A DNA stretch of 64,000 nt, taken from assembly GCA_034435555.1 (NCBI GenBank), contig DAOTXC010000120.1, forward strand, positions 3,132 to 67,131, written 5' to 3'. Origin of the DNA: Anaerolineae bacterium. Its GTDB lineage: Bacteria > Chloroflexota > Anaerolineae > B4-G1 > SLSP01. The position numbers were made by a program, and so were the translations under genes. The notes beneath the pieces were generated by a model that was not told the DNA's origin, made no database searches, and was given only the letters and a program-made list of their open reading frames with translations. Positions 62,758 through 64,000 of the stretch are shown here, one piece after another; within the stretch, counting starts at the first letter, position 1, and every line of letters starts with the position of its first letter.

Positions 62758-63996
62758 TTACAACTCCAACCGCTGAAAAAGCGTATCCAAATACCGGGAT
62801 TTGACCTGCCGGCTAGCTAAGACGCGCTGCAACGGCGTGAGCTGTAACAACGCCCCCAACAGGCTCGCCAACGCCCGCTGGCTCCACAACACCCGATTGT
62901 CGAAGATCAAGTCCTGGAGCTTTCCCCGCTCGATGGCCATCATCACGATGCGATGGACCGAGTTCGCCGGCGTGATGACCCGCTCGGCGCGGGGCGTCAT
63001 CTGCAAGCAACCCGGAGCGCAGGTGCGCACGCATACCCCGCACCCCAGGCACGCCTCCGGATCGAGTTTGATGCGCTTGCGCTGTGGACGCGCGCCATCG
63101 TGCGCCGAGACCAACGTCAGCGCCTCAACAGGGCAAGTCGCCACGCATTGCCCGCAGCCCGTGCAATGCTCCACATCCACGGTGACGATGAAGTTGGTCG
63201 TGTGGATGGGACGCGCGTAGCCGAAGCGCCGCCCCGCAATCAACGCCTCGCAACAACAGCCGCAACAGTTGCAGATGAAGGTCACGACCTCGCGCGCGTT
63301 CTCCCCGAACTGCACCAGCTTGTGATCGTAGGCCAGCTACAACAGATCAAGCCCCTCGGCTACATCCACCTCCCGCGCAAAGCCGTGCTTCGCCAGCGAT
63401 GCCGCCGCGCCGCCAAAGGTCATGCAGATGTCCTGGGGCGCATCGCAGCCCAACCCCACCCGCTCCGCCTTGGTGCGGCAGTAGCACAGGCTAATCCCAC
63501 GATGCGTGGCCGTGCGGATCACCTCACTGGCCCGCTCGTAATCCAACACCTGCACCTCCGGCGGGATGACCGGCTCGTTGATGAAGACGCGCCCCATCTG
63601 CGTCTCGCCGCCGGAGAAAAGCCCGTACATGAAGTCATCCTCGATGGTGCAATACTGCTGATATAATTCCGCCAACATCTGCTGATCCACATCGTCGCGC
63701 AGCCGCATCATCGAAAACTCGAAGAACCCCGCCATCGGCGGCGGCAGCGTATAAGTGAGCTCGCCATCCTTCTCCACATCAATCAACAGCACCCGCGCCG
63801 CCAATGCCTCCAGAACTTGACGCGCCTCGGCGAGCTCCATGCCCCAGATGCGCGCCGCCTGCGCCGCTGTGAAGGGCTTGATGGGCAATAAGGCCACCAG
63901 ACCGGCCTCACGCTCGCTAAAGAGAATCTCCAAAATCTTGTAGAGTGCCTCCGTGGGCGGCGCGCCCTGCGGAAAACGATTCAACCGCGCGACCAA
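62758..63996 (-). pseudogene. Winged-helix + multi-[4Fe-4S] ferredoxin-domain protein split by a single in-frame TAG (63337-63339); 5' end at or beyond the window edge
   Basis: ORFs 63337..63996 and 62758..63315 are in the same frame, separated by one stop plus 7 sense codons. The downstream part has no ATG and no SD (GTG only). Cys motifs CNCCGCCC, CTGCGQCVATCP, CLGCGVCVRTCAPGC. If not an error, these are two genes. Confidence 0.4.
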
Positions 63997-64000
63997 ACGT

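Overview
GC-rich (~63%) bacterial chromosomal window, densely coding on both strands. Gene content (tungsten-type aldehyde:ferredoxin oxidoreductase, ECF transporter, many Ser/Thr kinases and histidine kinases) suggests a Chloroflexota-like organism; that is inference only. I annotate about 60 protein genes, one tRNA-Leu(GAG), several sigma70-like promoters and hairpin terminators. No rRNA, CRISPR array, transposase or integrase was seen. Recognisable housekeeping genes: EF-G paralog, rpsU, pepT, yhhQ-era, tgt, clpB, lspA, pyrG, ftsH, lat.

Points of interest, all from reading the sequence:
(1) A recurring AT-rich leader element of tandem 8-nt GATTTNNN units placed immediately upstream of the SD of at least five unrelated genes (CN-hydrolase, a small membrane protein, ComEA-like protein, tgt, DUF4258 toxin-like gene).
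(2) A six-gene minus-strand operon: ftsH, DUF3096-like, FHA-FHA-ABC transporter, two paralogous Ser/Thr kinases (one with a NosD-like beta-helix ectodomain), degenerate pyrophosphatase-like gene. It resembles the mycobacterial PknF/Rv1747 arrangement.
(3) Lysine 2,3-aminomutase separated by a single base from a non-canonical Ddl-family ATP-grasp ligase.
(4) A 200-bp intergenic region with crossing (mutually exclusive) inverted repeats.
(5) A DUF4258/YgiT-zinc-finger TA-like pair inserted inside a ferredoxin-AOR-MoaD operon, followed by a 2x2 inverted/direct repeat operator-like site.
(6) An Fe-S protein gene interrupted by one in-frame TAG.
(7) A three-gene cluster of coiled-coil membrane proteins including a ComEA-HhH protein with inverted topology.

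Coordinates of manually derived sites may be off by 1-2 nt.
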